Below are positions 25,401-39,810 of a DNA stretch of 64,000 nucleotides, one piece after another (positions within the stretch are counted from its first letter, which is position 1; every line of letters begins with the position of its first letter). The stretch comes from Chrysomallon squamiferum (Eukaryota; Animalia; Mollusca), in contig CM022679.1 of assembly GCA_012295275.1 (NCBI GenBank), forward strand, positions 2,294,001 through 2,358,000, in the 5' to 3' direction. The notes beneath the pieces were generated by a model that did no database searches, was not told the origin of the DNA, and worked only from the letters and a program-made list of their open reading frames with translations. The position numbers and the translations under genes were made by a program.

Positions 25401-28279
25401 ACAGCTGGACAAATGCATCGATGTGTATATGGATGGAAAGAGATAGACAGATGGACAGACTGATGAACACAAAGCAAGAGATAGATAAATAAACAGAAAG
25501 AGGGACAGATTCACATACAGATTTGTTTTTTTTTCATTTCAAATCTAAAGTATCTGTATTCTGATTTCAGTCTGACAAGTTCTATTACTACTAAGCCAAA
25601 CATAAGTAAAACCTATTCTTTATCTTGATCAAACATCAAGGAATCTAGAGTTAAATGTAAATGTTTAAAACGAAGTATACATCTGCCATGGCTTTGTTTG
25701 CTAATGTAGAAAATATCGGACAGATCAATACTGTATAACAAACCAGTGGTGACCCTAACGAACTTCCACAGTCTCTTTTGTATTTTGTTTGTTTCCAAGA
25801 CAATTTTTTTTTTTTTTTTTTTTTAAACCGCAATAATGGAGCTACAAACATAATACAATATCGTTTACTTGCAACTGGTAATTTGAGATTGTTTTTCTTC
25901 ATATTAGAACGAGAAAAGACTGAACGCGATGATGTTTCATTAGATATTAAGATACCATTGTGGTTTAGGTTCATTGACTACGTATACAACAGGGTAAGAT
26001 CTTTTAACACTCGTAGTGTAAGAGAATATTTTTAGCGGGTTCTCTGATTGTACCTTTTGTTCATACGTATCAAAGTATACTGACACATACCACTGAACTT
26101 GTCATTAATAGACTTAACATGTTTATTTAATTACCGTGTTATGTAATATATTTGATATATGTTAGGTGTATGATAATTATTTAATCAGAATAAATAAAGT
26201 AGATCTGAACGTGAAATTGATCAGTTCTGTTCAAAAGAAAGGTGTTTAGTTTAATACGGTGTTGCAAAATATAAATGAGGAAATTTTGAATAATGGTATT
26301 TTGAAATACTCTTTATAAATAAAATGTTATGTGTTTCTAAACTGATGAGTGTAGGTTTACATGTATGCATTTTGTCACTGTCTTTGTGAGTTTGTGTTTG
26401 TGAGAATGAAGAACACAATGTTTAGAAATATCAAGTCAGAAAATGAGATTGTATTTCAACAACGACGACGACAACGACAACAATACTAACGATGATAACA
26501 GAAACAACAATAATAACAACAAAAAGAATAATAAGAATAACAACAAGAAGAAAAGAATAAGAATAACAACAAGAATAATAATAACAATAATAACAAAAAT
26601 AACAATAACAACAACAGCAACAACACAATAACAACAACAACACAACAACAACAATAACAATAATAATAATAATAATCTAATACATGAATCCCTTTTCAAA
26701 CTAATGTTTTCATTTTTATAATTAACTTCATTTCCGTTTGAAAGATTTCCCATTCACAGTGATGGCACCCTATTTGTGAAACTCTGCGTCCGCCCTGGAT
26801 CCTGTAACTAAGCAACAGCGTTAACGGCAGTACGACATTTAAGTTAATTACTGAAATACGACTTTGTTTTCTATAAATAGCTCTGTCAAAGAAACCGTAA
26901 CTCGTGTGACTTGTCATAAACCGCTATGACGTTCATACGTGCAATCTTTTGAAGAGCTGGACAAAACAGACAATTAGAGCCCCAGACAGCACTGAAAAGA
27001 CTTTGATAATAAAAATATTTGTATTGTCCCTTCTGTACTTTTTATTCCATGATTTCGAAACGCAAGGATACTCTTTTATTATTTTTTAATAATAATAATA
27101 ATGATTATAATTATGTTAATGACAGTTCTGACAATATTGATAATGATAATGATGATAATGATGTTAGTAATGGTAATGATGATAGTGATGATAATGATTG
27201 TAAAAGTTTACCTTTTGTTTGTAGCTGGCAGGGTATTCCTGGAAATCATTCTGTTTTTCAGATACATATGTGCCATGATACTGTGTATTGAAGGCCGGCA
27301 GAAAGTGAAAACAAATTCGAGAAAGGAACAAGAGATTGCGTTAGTCAGAAACAATGTCTTTCCAAAATTCAGTTTTACAGTTTTACATTAGTCGTAGTTG
27401 TAGAGAATGAAGTGTCACGACGTCCTAGCGTCACAACGACATCATCTGCTGGTGGGAAGAAGCTTCAGCGTGCTAAGAGACATACAACAACATTATCAAA
27501 ATGTCCATTGTATTCTGTATTCCTACAGTTAGTCTTTTATCAGACCTACAGAAAATATTTCGACCTGATAGTTATTCCTGAGTATTAGTTTATTTATTTA
27601 TTTATTTATTTATTTTGTTTTATTTTATTTTATTATTTTTTTTTATTTTTATTTTTTTTATTTTTTGGTTTTAATTGTCAGGTCTGTCAACAGACAATGC
27701 ATTGAATAATTAACACAATCTTCATAATGTGTTTGACACTAAAACCATAATCGGTTTTCGTTTTAACTTTTTTATTGTGCTGACTCGATAATGGCAACTT
27801 GCAATATTTTCATCATCCTGTTAGAAACTCCTTTTTCTTGTAATTTGTTACAGTTCTTTTCACGATATTTATCGATAAACAACTATTTATAATATATTTT
27901 CTTAAGCTCTATAATACGCGCTGCATTTAGAAGTGGGTAGACTCTCGACTGTTGAAAGTCAGTGAATAAGGTTCAGAAAACGTGATTAAAATCACCTCAG
28001 TTAACCTGTTCTGACAAAAGTAAAAGATAAGTAACTGATCTGGAATACACAGAGAGTCCACTTAAGACAGAGAAAAGTTGTGGGAACTTACTGAATGCTA
28101 TAGCTGTCTTGTTCAACATTAATTAACAGAGACTAAATCTGTGTAACTGTATTAATCTTCTGTGATACTTCGCCAGACAGATATACCTATTTAGCCAATG
28201 TCGCTTCCATTCTTTTGCTATCCACGTAACTCACATCAAGCTACAGGTTCAACTCATTGGAGAATCACCTTCTGTCTTG

Positions 28280-28460
28280 ACAGTTACATACAAAAAGATA
28301 TACCATTTACAGACTCCTTGTACTGTCAATTACATAACAAAGGTATATCAGAAAAGACTCATTATACTATCAGTTACACATAACAAAGGTATACCAGTAG
28401 AAACTCCTTGTACTATCAGTCACGTAACAAAAGTACACCAGGTACAGACTTCTCGTTATT
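28280..28460. repeat. Degenerate minisatellite of about 45 bp, 4 units (CAGTTACATAACAAAGGTATACCA...AGACTCCTTGTACTAT)
   Basis: ACAAAGGTATA and ACTCCTTGTACT blocks recur. Confidence 0.8.
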
Positions 28461-30483
28461 AGATAAGCAGAGACTAATGACTTCTGACTGTCACAAAAAA
28501 CAGATGAGTATTTCACTGATTTTCCGACTCTTCCTGGTCATGTAAGTCGACACAAGACGTTGTGTCTGAGATAAATGATATTGTCTTTTCACTTTTAAAT
28601 GTGTCCTCGCTATTTCCGAAAGAACATGTAAATGTCACTGTTTAATTAAAAGCTGGAGATGATTGTAATTCAGTCTTTGTCATCTTCTCACTATAACGTG
28701 AAAGTGTAAATTTCAGAATCTGTTTTAGGAAATAACAAAAAACTAAAATATATTTTGTATTATTGTCTTAGATACTGGACTTGTATTCACACTATTACAG
28801 AAGATCAAAACCATTGCAGAGACTGTAAATTAGATTAAAATGTTAAAACGTTTAAAAGCTAATGATATTGATATTTCTCAGTAAGATATTCGCTCTGTTC
28901 GTAGTATAATGGAAAGTAAATATCATAAATGAAACTTTGTTAAAATCAGACGAGAGTTTAGTTCAATTTTATTTGCTTTGTCCTCGCTAAAATAAAGAAC
29001 AAATGTCTAAATAGTCGAACGTATTTTTAGTTTGTGGTTCTGTCAGTGAAACAGAAAACAGACGTCACAGTAGTTACTAGAAATTTTGTCGAAAACAAAC
29101 AATAGTACCATTAAATTTTGTAATTAATTTACCCTCTCGGTAAGTGAAGTAAACGTCATGAAAAGACGTTGAACGTAAACACAGAGCAGAAAGCGCCTGC
29201 AAGACGACGAATCCTCAGTGTCATCGTTCTCTAAGAGGAGAAAGTTCTAGAAGGAAATGATTAACAGTGTTGGTGTGTCGTGTCCGTTGGTGTTGACTGT
29301 GTTCTTCATTACTGTCGTCCTTCTGGCGAATACAGATCAAGAGCTGTAGTCGAAATGTGATTGTACAAACTTGGACAATTTGTTCTGAAGAAATAAACAT
29401 AACAAATTTAAGTAGAAACTGCTCCCAAATTTTTTTTTTTTTTTAAAAACAAGCAGTATAATGTTTTTACAAGATAATGAGTTTACAACCGAGACGTTTG
29501 GTTTACACTGCTGTTGATAATTGTTGAAAACCCAAACAAAATGAATCAAGAACAATTCACCTTCTACAAAACACTGTCGGAAATGTTCAGTCTTGTCTTA
29601 CACAACAAACGTACAACCCACAACATGTTTTAAAACACAGCTATGAAAAGTTGTACTCCTGTCAAGTCGAATTAAAATAGAACCGACCACATCATCTTTA
29701 CGACACAGCTACTAACGTCAGAACTGTTGTTTTCTCAAACGTAGACGTAACTAAGCAAAGCGTAACGATGCAATGTCCGTACAGTGCTCCTGAAAAAGCC
29801 GGGATTACTGTTTTGAAGTCACAGAAACGAACTAAACCAGAACACACTAAAAATAATATTTCTAACACTTGTAAAGCTTGTTGAAAACAAAGGTAACAAG
29901 TTGGAGAATAACCCACTCAGACACACTTATTTTTGCCACTAACATTCGTCATCACCAAATACTTTTCTATTATCGGTCAAGAGCAGATTCCAAGAAATAA
30001 TACTGACATCAGAGAGAGACTATAAAAAGAATTTTGCTCAAAAAATATAGGTCATTTGTTAAAACAAGAAATGAGGAATGACACGTGTAAGACGTCGTGC
30101 TGGTGGCACTTTTGGATCAGCTAATGACGTTCACCACGATGCTGTCTGCCAGCTCACTTTGATCACGTCAGATGCTGAGGGCAGAGAAGACTCCAGCCCA
30201 AAGCATCAGCTGAAATTTATCTTTCGTTCTCAGAGATCAATTAGCAGCAACAAATACTCATCACTAGCATCCTTGTTACTTACTGTGGCCCACTTCTCTT
30301 TCTCCGTCCCCGAGGAGAAATTGTGTAAACACAGAGCTCGGATCATTTCGGAAATCTTCGTCGATGTTCGGACATTTTCGAACATTCAAAACGTACTATC
30401 AACATACGATATCCAAATAAACCAAACATGCTTTAACCATCAAATTACAATAAAAACAACATCAAATATCTCTCTTAATAGAT

Positions 30484-30585
<102 letters not shown>

Positions 30586-31038
30586 TATTCGTCACTGAAT
30601 AAGGCTCAGGCATGATTAAAATCCATTTATCAGAAAATTTGTTCTCACAAAATTAAAAGATAATGCATTCTATTTAGACAAAACATTTGCAGTTATCTGC
30701 TTTCTATTTATATGTGTTTTTAATAAAAACACTTTTCAGAATAACAGAGCGAGAATGGATAAATTGTTTTACGTTTTAAAATCGCGTAATTGCTGCTAAT
30801 GTTCTTATTATTACTGTACGACCTGTTTGTTTATTCTTTTCAAATTTGGCGTAAATGCAGTTTAATTAAAGATCGTTACTGCCAATAAGCTTTACAGTTT
30901 TACTGAGCATACGAATTAGAAAATCACAAATTGACTCTGATAAACAAGTAAACACACAAAGCAACAAACATCCAGTAATAAATGTATACACGTCTACAAG
31001 TTGATTTAATTATTTCAGATCTAATCGAAAGTAAAGAT

Positions 31039-31075
<37 letters not shown>

Positions 31076-33270
31076 GTTTTTTTATTATTATTATTATTAT
31101 TATTTTTTTTTTTTTTTTTTTTTTTTTTTCCACAGCCTGGACTTAATAGCAAACATTTTTCTATTCAGCTAAATTTTAATTCTGTTCTAGAAACCGCTGG
31201 AGGGAGAAGAATTTTTGTTTCACTGATAAAAACACTCACTGGCTCTGCAGCTCGCCAGCTGAGAACTGATATCTGAAACACTGTGGTTTGCGCTTTCAGG
31301 TGTACGGGAAAATGAAGATTATCAGAAAACCTTTGCAGCTGATAAAGAATAACAGTAGAATAATATATACTGATATCAGCAGATTTCATCTTTTACATAA
31401 TATCATTTAAAAAAACGTCAGTGTTTGATATACAAGTACAAGTACTGAAATCTGTTTGTGTCTTGTTAAATAAAATACATTTATAATTTGTTCTTCAGAT
31501 ACTTATAAAACTTATTTGAGATGTGTCTATGAGCATTTACCTATTACCTGACTCCATTTTATATACACCCAAGTGACTTACTTGTTTCTTTCCAAAATAT
31601 AACTATTGTGTTCAGGGGAAAATACAGGGGAAAATAATTTGTATAACTAGACTCCAATCTTTGATAATGATAAATGCAATATCACATAACAAGCAGACAA
31701 AAGCTCTTGAAACTATCACTACTTTTTCCGAATGTGTTACGTTTCACAGAGAAAACAGAAATCCTGTAAACTGACAGATACAACAACTTTATCTGAGACT
31801 ATGTTACTGATGATAAATATAAATAGCAGGACTGTTTGTATCTTTTGTTTGATCAGTATATTTCGGTGTGACCTCACGAGAATACATACAAAAATGAAAA
31901 ATGGCAGATACTACCTTGTTACGAAGTGCTTGGTCTTGAATTTCTGATTTTTACGAATATAAGAACATAGTCCGAGAATGTGATCCACGTCTAGACACGA
32001 AATACATTTATATTTTATATACAGTTTATATACAGAGCCTGCAGATAGTTTTGTTTAAAAAGTACAAAACGTAATTTAATAGTTTCCGCATTACTCCGAA
32101 CAGCTCCACCATTATGAGACGTCATTATAATCGACGGCTCGATAAAATATCGAATTTCAATGGTTTGCCGATTTGGCAATTTAGGAAAACTGACATTCTG
32201 TCTAAACTGTAATAATCCTACATTACCGTGAATTTATACAACAAGAAACAAATAAAACATTCAGTAAGAATAATATATGCACAATATATGTAGTTTGTAA
32301 TGTCCCTTGATGAATAATACGCTGAACTCGATAATAATTATATTTCATTTAAAACTTAAAACATATTTTTAAAACTTACCCACGTTTCCAGCCAAACGCT
32401 TCCATGCAGCTATTCATGTTTGATCTGTAACCATGTCAACATGAAGTATTAAATATTTTTACGTCGCATGTGAAAAAGTCTTTCTTCATATTCGTTATCC
32501 ATTATCGCTTTAATTTCTATAACACACGGAGTGTCGTGTCGTCTGCTAAACAAATTACGTTGTTCATATCTTGTCTTGATCAGTCTCGCGAGAACCATGA
32601 TTTAATTTCGTCTGCTAATATGCCGCGTTTTTTTTCTCTTATTCTTTCTTTGCTTACTTTTTCTATCGTTCTTTCTTCTTCTAAATAAATAAATAAATAA
32701 ATAATTTGTTCTTATTTTTTAAATACATACATTTATTATGTAAAATTTATTTTCATGTATTTCTGTTATTAAAACAATTTTTTTTTCTCTTTGTTTAATG
32801 CAGCACCATCTGTTACCATGACTAACCTAATATCAAGGTTTTGGTCTGATTTATTAAACACTCGAAAAATACGTTTTGTTTCCAGGAAGAAAATCTCGTC
32901 ATTTTCTGTCATTTTTCTTTCTTTTTTTAATTGTACCTGACAAATGTTAAAATAATGAGGAAAAATCAGAATTAAGGTTGACAGAAAATAATTATATGCT
33001 AAAAACTGTTTTTAAAAAAAGCGAACAAAAAATGTATTGAACAAAGGAAATATATGAGACATGATAGATATGAAAGTAATTACGAAGGAAAACAGAGCAT
33101 TTGCAAGATAAATGATTAACATTAACAATTATTAAACACAATGAATTTAGATATATTGAGGCGCTAATCTAAAATAATAATATAATAATAACTCCAGTGT
33201 TTCTTTTTGACAAATATTAAGAGATAACAACATTCTGTAGTAAAGGTCTCCTCTGACTGTCAGATCTTAA

Positions 33271-33518
33271 GCAGTGGGCGTGTGGAGGTTTGGCGATGCC
33301 TGGGACTTTAGAAATGTAAGAAAGGAAGACATCTTAAATACGTAAAACAGATGAAATAAACTTTTTATTCAGCCATTTTTATTAAACTTCGGTGCCAGCT
33401 TGCAAGATGTAGAGAAGCCTTTACACCGAATTCAACAGAAATATTTTCTAATTTCAAAACGTTAATCCCCTTAAAATGAATGCTGGTGCAGTTGTCCCTA
33501 CAATCTGCACTCCACTGC
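33271..33518. mobile_element. Possible decayed MITE with GCAGTGG...CCACTGC termini
   Basis: 7-bp inverted ends flanked by near-direct CTTAA/CTTAC; GC-richer subterminal regions. Confidence 0.35.
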
Positions 33519-34851
33519 CTTACAGTTAGATCAAGTTCTGACTGTGTCAGCCTCCGTACAGTGCACGGTTTTACACTCTGCGGTTTACTTGTTGACTAAA
33601 ATATATCTCCAATATTTTAAATGTATTTAGACCAGGACTTTGCTCTGGCAGCGACTCCAGATATCATAACGTTGTTTCACCTCGAACCAGCTAGTGTAAC
33701 AGCGTTGTCAAATAATGACATCGATGTCAGAATGATTATCACAACCAGAAGCGTTCTTACTTTCAAGGACATCGTGTTGACACAAAAATGTAGTTTGTTG
33801 AATTTTAACGAGATTTTTATTATAAACATCCACGTGCGACTGAAGAAGTTCTACGAAATTTGATGATTTCAGGAATGTTCTTAACAAATGAGTCCTATCA
33901 TCTTTCTGACTGAGAAAAAACAAAACCGTATCATTTATCTGACTGGTTTATGAGATGATAATTTTACACTGAGCATTCTTTGAGACAGAAGTCTGTTATT
34001 TGATATTCTTCAAAGAATAATAGTAAAAACATAACAAAAATAAAAAACCATTAATCATTATTTTCTTTTTTTATGTTTTAAACTGAAAAAGAAAAAGAAA
34101 AGAAAAGAAAGAAAAGTCGAGTTATTCTGTATGTAAATAATACAAAACAAAGTCTTCAAAGTTAGCAGGCGAAGCTCGTTATCGTCCAGATTGTGCAAAA
34201 TTCATTGGCGTTCTTTTTCCCGTTACAGACATAGCTCCGTGTCAGGTTTATCAGAAAATAATTGTTTGTGCTTGCCTCAAGAAGCATTTAAGGATCCTTT
34301 ACTGTTAATCAACTAAAATAGCTCAAGTACATCGGGTTTCTTCTCTCTTGTTAAACATGAAAAACGTATAATTGAGAACATAAATCTGAAAACAACAAAA
34401 CACACACGTAATCCAGACATGTAAAATATCTAAGCTGTCGAGAAAACAAAAAATAATCAAAAATAAATAAATAAATAAATAAAAACAACAGTTATGACGT
34501 TAACTAACCATATAAACCGAAATGATATTAAAAAAAAGAAAGAAAAAAGTTTAAGTCGTATTTATAACAACAGACAACAAGTAACCGTTTTAAGAATTAA
34601 TGAAATGATTAGGACCTGTCTGCAAAAACATTTCAGACATTTTATTTTCCTAACTTATTTTTGCCATTATGCACTCACTCCTTTATGTTTCTTACCATAG
34701 CATACACTTTGTATTTATATGAAAAATAATTACTACTAGGGATATGTGTTTATAGGGTTTTTTGTACGGATAATTTAGAGACTTCTGTATTCTAAGATAG
34801 TAATTTACTTTTATATTTTGTTATATTAGCATATTGGATTTACATATTATA

Positions 34852-34906
<55 letters not shown>

Positions 34907-35370
34907 AACACATTTCAGAATAGTAACATCACTTTTCCCAATTACATACTCTCACGCACGCGCTATTATCAACCCTCCCCTCCAATCACAATCTGTTGTT
35001 CTGTTCTTGGTGTATGAATTACGAATGATCCCTATTATAAATCTGACATAGGAAAAAAAAAAAAATCTAATTAAGAGTGAAAACGAAGAGAAAAAGAAAA
35101 AAGGTTATTTCACTCGCAAATCATGTGTTTTAATACTTCCGTGTTGTTCTCGTTTTTTTTTCTGCTTCTTAAATCGATATCGTTGTAATTATTTACACAC
35201 ATACTGGATGCGCTCTGTGCTTCTACAAGGATTCGTACAAGAGTGAAAGCTATCGACGCATTTGTAGGGCGTGGTTTTCATAGATAGATAGAAGGAAAGA
35301 GGGAAAGAGGGAAAGTTTAAAAAAAGAAAAGAAATATACATAGAATAAAGATGTAAAGATACATACATCC

Positions 35371-35405
<35 letters not shown>

Positions 35406-35548
35406 CTGATAAAGATGAACAGAAGTGAAAACTGAGAGAGAGAAGAAAAGATAAACACTATGAATATTAAATCTTTCTTTATAATATTATTTATTTTATT
35501 TTTTATTATTATTATTTTTTTAATGAGAACAACAGAAAAAGCAATAAC

Positions 35549-35599
<51 letters not shown>

Positions 35600-36370
35600 C
35601 ATGTACATGGATGCACACATACATACACACATATACGTACACCCACACGCACACGTAATACATCACACATTATTATAGAAAGACATAATATTTCTTTTTA
35701 TATGTATTTTCTAATTTTCTTACTTCCTTGTTAAAAAAAAAATTTGAAAGCGCCACTGTAACATTTATAATTTTGTATAATAGCAATTAGTCAAAGATTT
35801 ATAACTTATAATTATTAAATTTTTTTTTTTTTTTTAAAAAAACTTTGTTTTGCTTTGAGACAATTTTTAACTATCGGAAAATCAAATATATAAAATATTG
35901 ATATTTATTCGACATTATTTCTAATGACATTTTAATCATTGTAATTAATTTTCGTAATTAAATGGAGTGAGTGACCTGTTGCGCATTTTGCCTATTTCAC
36001 GTTCCTTCAAGTGCTCTTTGTGTCAACAACTGTAGTATGTTTTCTTGCAACTGCGGTATGTGTGTGTGTTTAAAATTCAAAACAATGATTTTATTTATTG
36101 CTGGAAAAAACAAAAACAAGAACAAAAACAAATCAAGACGTGAAATAATTACCATAATAAAATAAAAAACGAATGGATGAAAAACTGCGGAGACTCAGCT
36201 AATCCAGGCGTTTTGCAACTGTTACTGATTACTCAATAATGATGTCTACATTTAAATCTTATGGTCTGAGCTGAGAACCAATGTACAATGTTAGATAATA
36301 AGCTTACTCGTAATTAAGAACTGTTAGGTAAGAGACCCTGACATACACATAAAAAATGCGAGAGCGAGAG

Positions 36371-36419
<49 letters not shown>

Positions 36420-36831
36420 AGAGAGAGAATGAGAGAAGAAATAAGTACTAATCATAGCAATGTATAATAATATCAGAATGTAATCAGCGATCTCTCTAGG
36501 ACAGACTTTTCTAATCTATCGTATGTTTTTCCTATTCCAACAAATATCTGCGGCTCGTGTATATATATATATACGTTTGTGGTGTTCTGGTTGTGGAAAA
36601 TGTTTTTCGGTAAGAGTAGTCTACACTGTGTCAACAGGAGGCTATCTACCCAATGGTTTAGTTATTAGTGAGGGGCGTAGGATCAAGTCACTGAAGCGCC
36701 CATTTTGACCTTACACTTTTATTCTGATAATTAAACTAATAATAATAATAATAGTAATAATAATAATAATAATAATAATGATAGTAATAATAAAATTTAA
36801 AATAATAGTAATAAAAATAAATTAATAATAA

Positions 36832-36890
<59 letters not shown>

Positions 36891-37517
36891 TAAAGAAATT
36901 AAGAAAATAAATAAATAAAAACCACTGTAGTCGTTTTCCTTTGAAGATTAGTACAAACTGATTAAATAGCTGGCTGACAATAGAAAATTAATTAATGTTA
37001 CAAAATAAAACAAATGAATAAAAGGACAAAACCAGTTTACCAATAAAAAAATAATTTGATCAATAGGAAATAAAACGGCAAAGAGATATTTGACGTCACT
37101 ACTACTATTTACAGTATGAGATATCATCATTTAAAAAAAAGTCTTTAGACAATATAAGAAATATTATACGATTTATTTAAATAAAATATGACGTCATAGA
37201 TAAGTTTAATATAGTACATATCAACTGATTAGTCAAATACGATATGACGTCACAGTTTCATTTGATATGGATGACAATACTCGATATTAATTGAATTTCG
37301 TGCAGTGGAGTAGAATGTCAGTCACGTACGTAACATTTAAAGCGGAGGAGAGAATTCTGAGTGTTGTTGTTGACAGATTTAATTAAAACTGTTCCCTTGG
37401 CTACTTCTACACAAAGTTCAAGCCGTAACATCAGCCTTGACAGCGTGTTAAAGCCGAATTCACACTGAACAACTTCTTTTTGTGTTATTAAAAGATTTGA
37501 AGAAAAATATATAATCT

Positions 37518-37634
<117 letters not shown>

Positions 37635-37679
37635 CACTCACATACATATATGACCATCACACATACCACATATTACAAT

Positions 37680-37710
<31 letters not shown>

Positions 37711-38138
37711 CACACACATACACACCACATATTCACCATACACACACACATATACATACACACACATGAACCCATATTACACACACAATTCAAACGCACA
37801 GACAACACATGCACAACAGTATATATATATATATATTCACAGAGGACTGTGCCTAACCAGGACCATCAGTGAATCTGTCTCTGCACTAAACTACAGCCTC
37901 ACGTCTCAGCACGACTAAGTGTGACAGTTCTATTATCTGTAATCAAAGGTTTCTCTCCGTGCTTCCTAATACATCCACAAAGAAGAAAGGAAATAAGACA
38001 AACTCAGTTATCTGTTCTTTATCTGTGGAGGCTTCAGGACGATTTCATGTACAGTCAGGCGCTGATCGATGAGGGGGGGTTAAGAGTGCAGAAGATTAAC
38101 ACATGAACAATTTTCTGCTTGTTCTCTCCATGTCTGTA

Positions 38139-38179
<41 letters not shown>

Positions 38180-38239
38180 TGTCTGAGTGTCTAGATGTGT
38201 GTAGATATGTATATGTGTATGTGTGTATATATATGTATA

Positions 38240-38292
<53 letters not shown>

Positions 38293-38554
38293 ACGTATAT
38301 ACATATATATTGTAATCACTAACGATATTTTTTCAAAGTGTTATGATCAGCATTTTTTATGTAATCGGAATACTTCCACTACCCTCAGTAAAATTACTGG
38401 CCACGCCCATGACTTTATTTATGTATTTATTTATTTTTTTTTATTTTTTTTTTTGTTTATTACAATCTGCTTCGAAGTTGAATATGTTACTTAGTTTATT
38501 GTTGGAACAAATTGTCACGTTATGACCTTTTAAATAACTGAATTAATTATTGTA

Positions 38555-38585
<31 letters not shown>

Positions 38586-38726
38586 AACCAAATTAACTGA
38601 GCAACATTCTATCAAAACGTTCGGTCATCACAAAATTCAAAAAGGGAAGGACAAGCAAACGCAGATAGAGATAGACATATACACAGTCTATCAAAAGAGC
38701 ACCAAAAAAACACCACAGAGAAAGAC

Positions 38727-38808
<82 letters not shown>

Positions 38809-39570
38809 CAAGAATTGCAATATACAGAAAAAGAAAGGAAGGAAATAAACAAAAATAGAGAAAAGAAAGATAATCAGGTAAACCTTATCAAAGTGAATTT
38901 TATCTCGTTCAGAATGTTTCCTCTGTTAACTTGTAGATGGACAAAATACCGTTAAGAATAGCAATAAATCGGACTGTAAATCAAAGCAGCACAATACACT
39001 GACACAGGGTTCAGCAATTTCAAAATCTACTTAAGCGTCACAGTTGAGTATTCATATTACTGTCGACATGATTGTCATATTTCATATTTAATAGAGTAGC
39101 CGCGACTACAACTGTTCTTACTACTACTGATACTGCTACTATTACTACTACTGTTACTACTATTACTATTACTACTAATACTAATACTAATATTACAGTT
39201 ATTGACGATAATGATAATGAAAACGAAGATGATAATGACAATGATGATGATGATAATGACAACAATAATAATGAGAAAACGTACACACATACATGTATGT
39301 GTATTTCGCCAAAGTAATTATTGACGTCAAATTGCGACTGCAAAATTCCATTCTCAATGCATATCAAATGAATTAAAGGCGCACGCACTTTGTTTGAAAT
39401 CAGTACTGCAACAAAGTGGCAAGCCGGTTCTGATAAAGTCTGCGTGTGCTAACAAATAATAATAAAAAATATTTATTTCATTAATCATTGTTTATACATA
39501 CATATATACGTACAGACATATATACATACATACATACATACATACATACATACATACATACATACATACA

Positions 39571-39604
<34 letters not shown>

Positions 39605-39670
39605 CATATTTACGTACATACATATACACATACGTACATATATAGATACATACACTTAAACACAGAGATC

Positions 39671-39810
39671 GTCTCCATGGCCGAACGATAACGTCGTCAT
39701 CTTTCGGAGTACGGGAGAATGAGGCAATACGTTCGAGTCTCGTCAGCGGCATCTGACGGGTTTGTGAGGTCGTGATTGGACTTTGTTATCCTGTGCCATT
39801 GTGTTACCAG
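39671..39810 (+). mobile_element. SINE family A copy with tRNA-like head (3'-truncated)
   Basis: A-box-like TGGCCGAACGA near 39678 and B-box GTTCGAGTC at 39731, followed by the core shared with the three - strand copies; preceded by a (CATA)n array. Confidence 0.75.

Noticed and set aside
27223-27391. + strand acceptor followed by a 55-codon open frame
   Set aside because: No partner exon or recognisable motif; consistent with chance.
39671-39755. Possible tRNA gene
   Set aside because: A and B boxes are present but I could not fold a cloverleaf, and it continues into a core shared with dispersed copies, so it is a SINE head.
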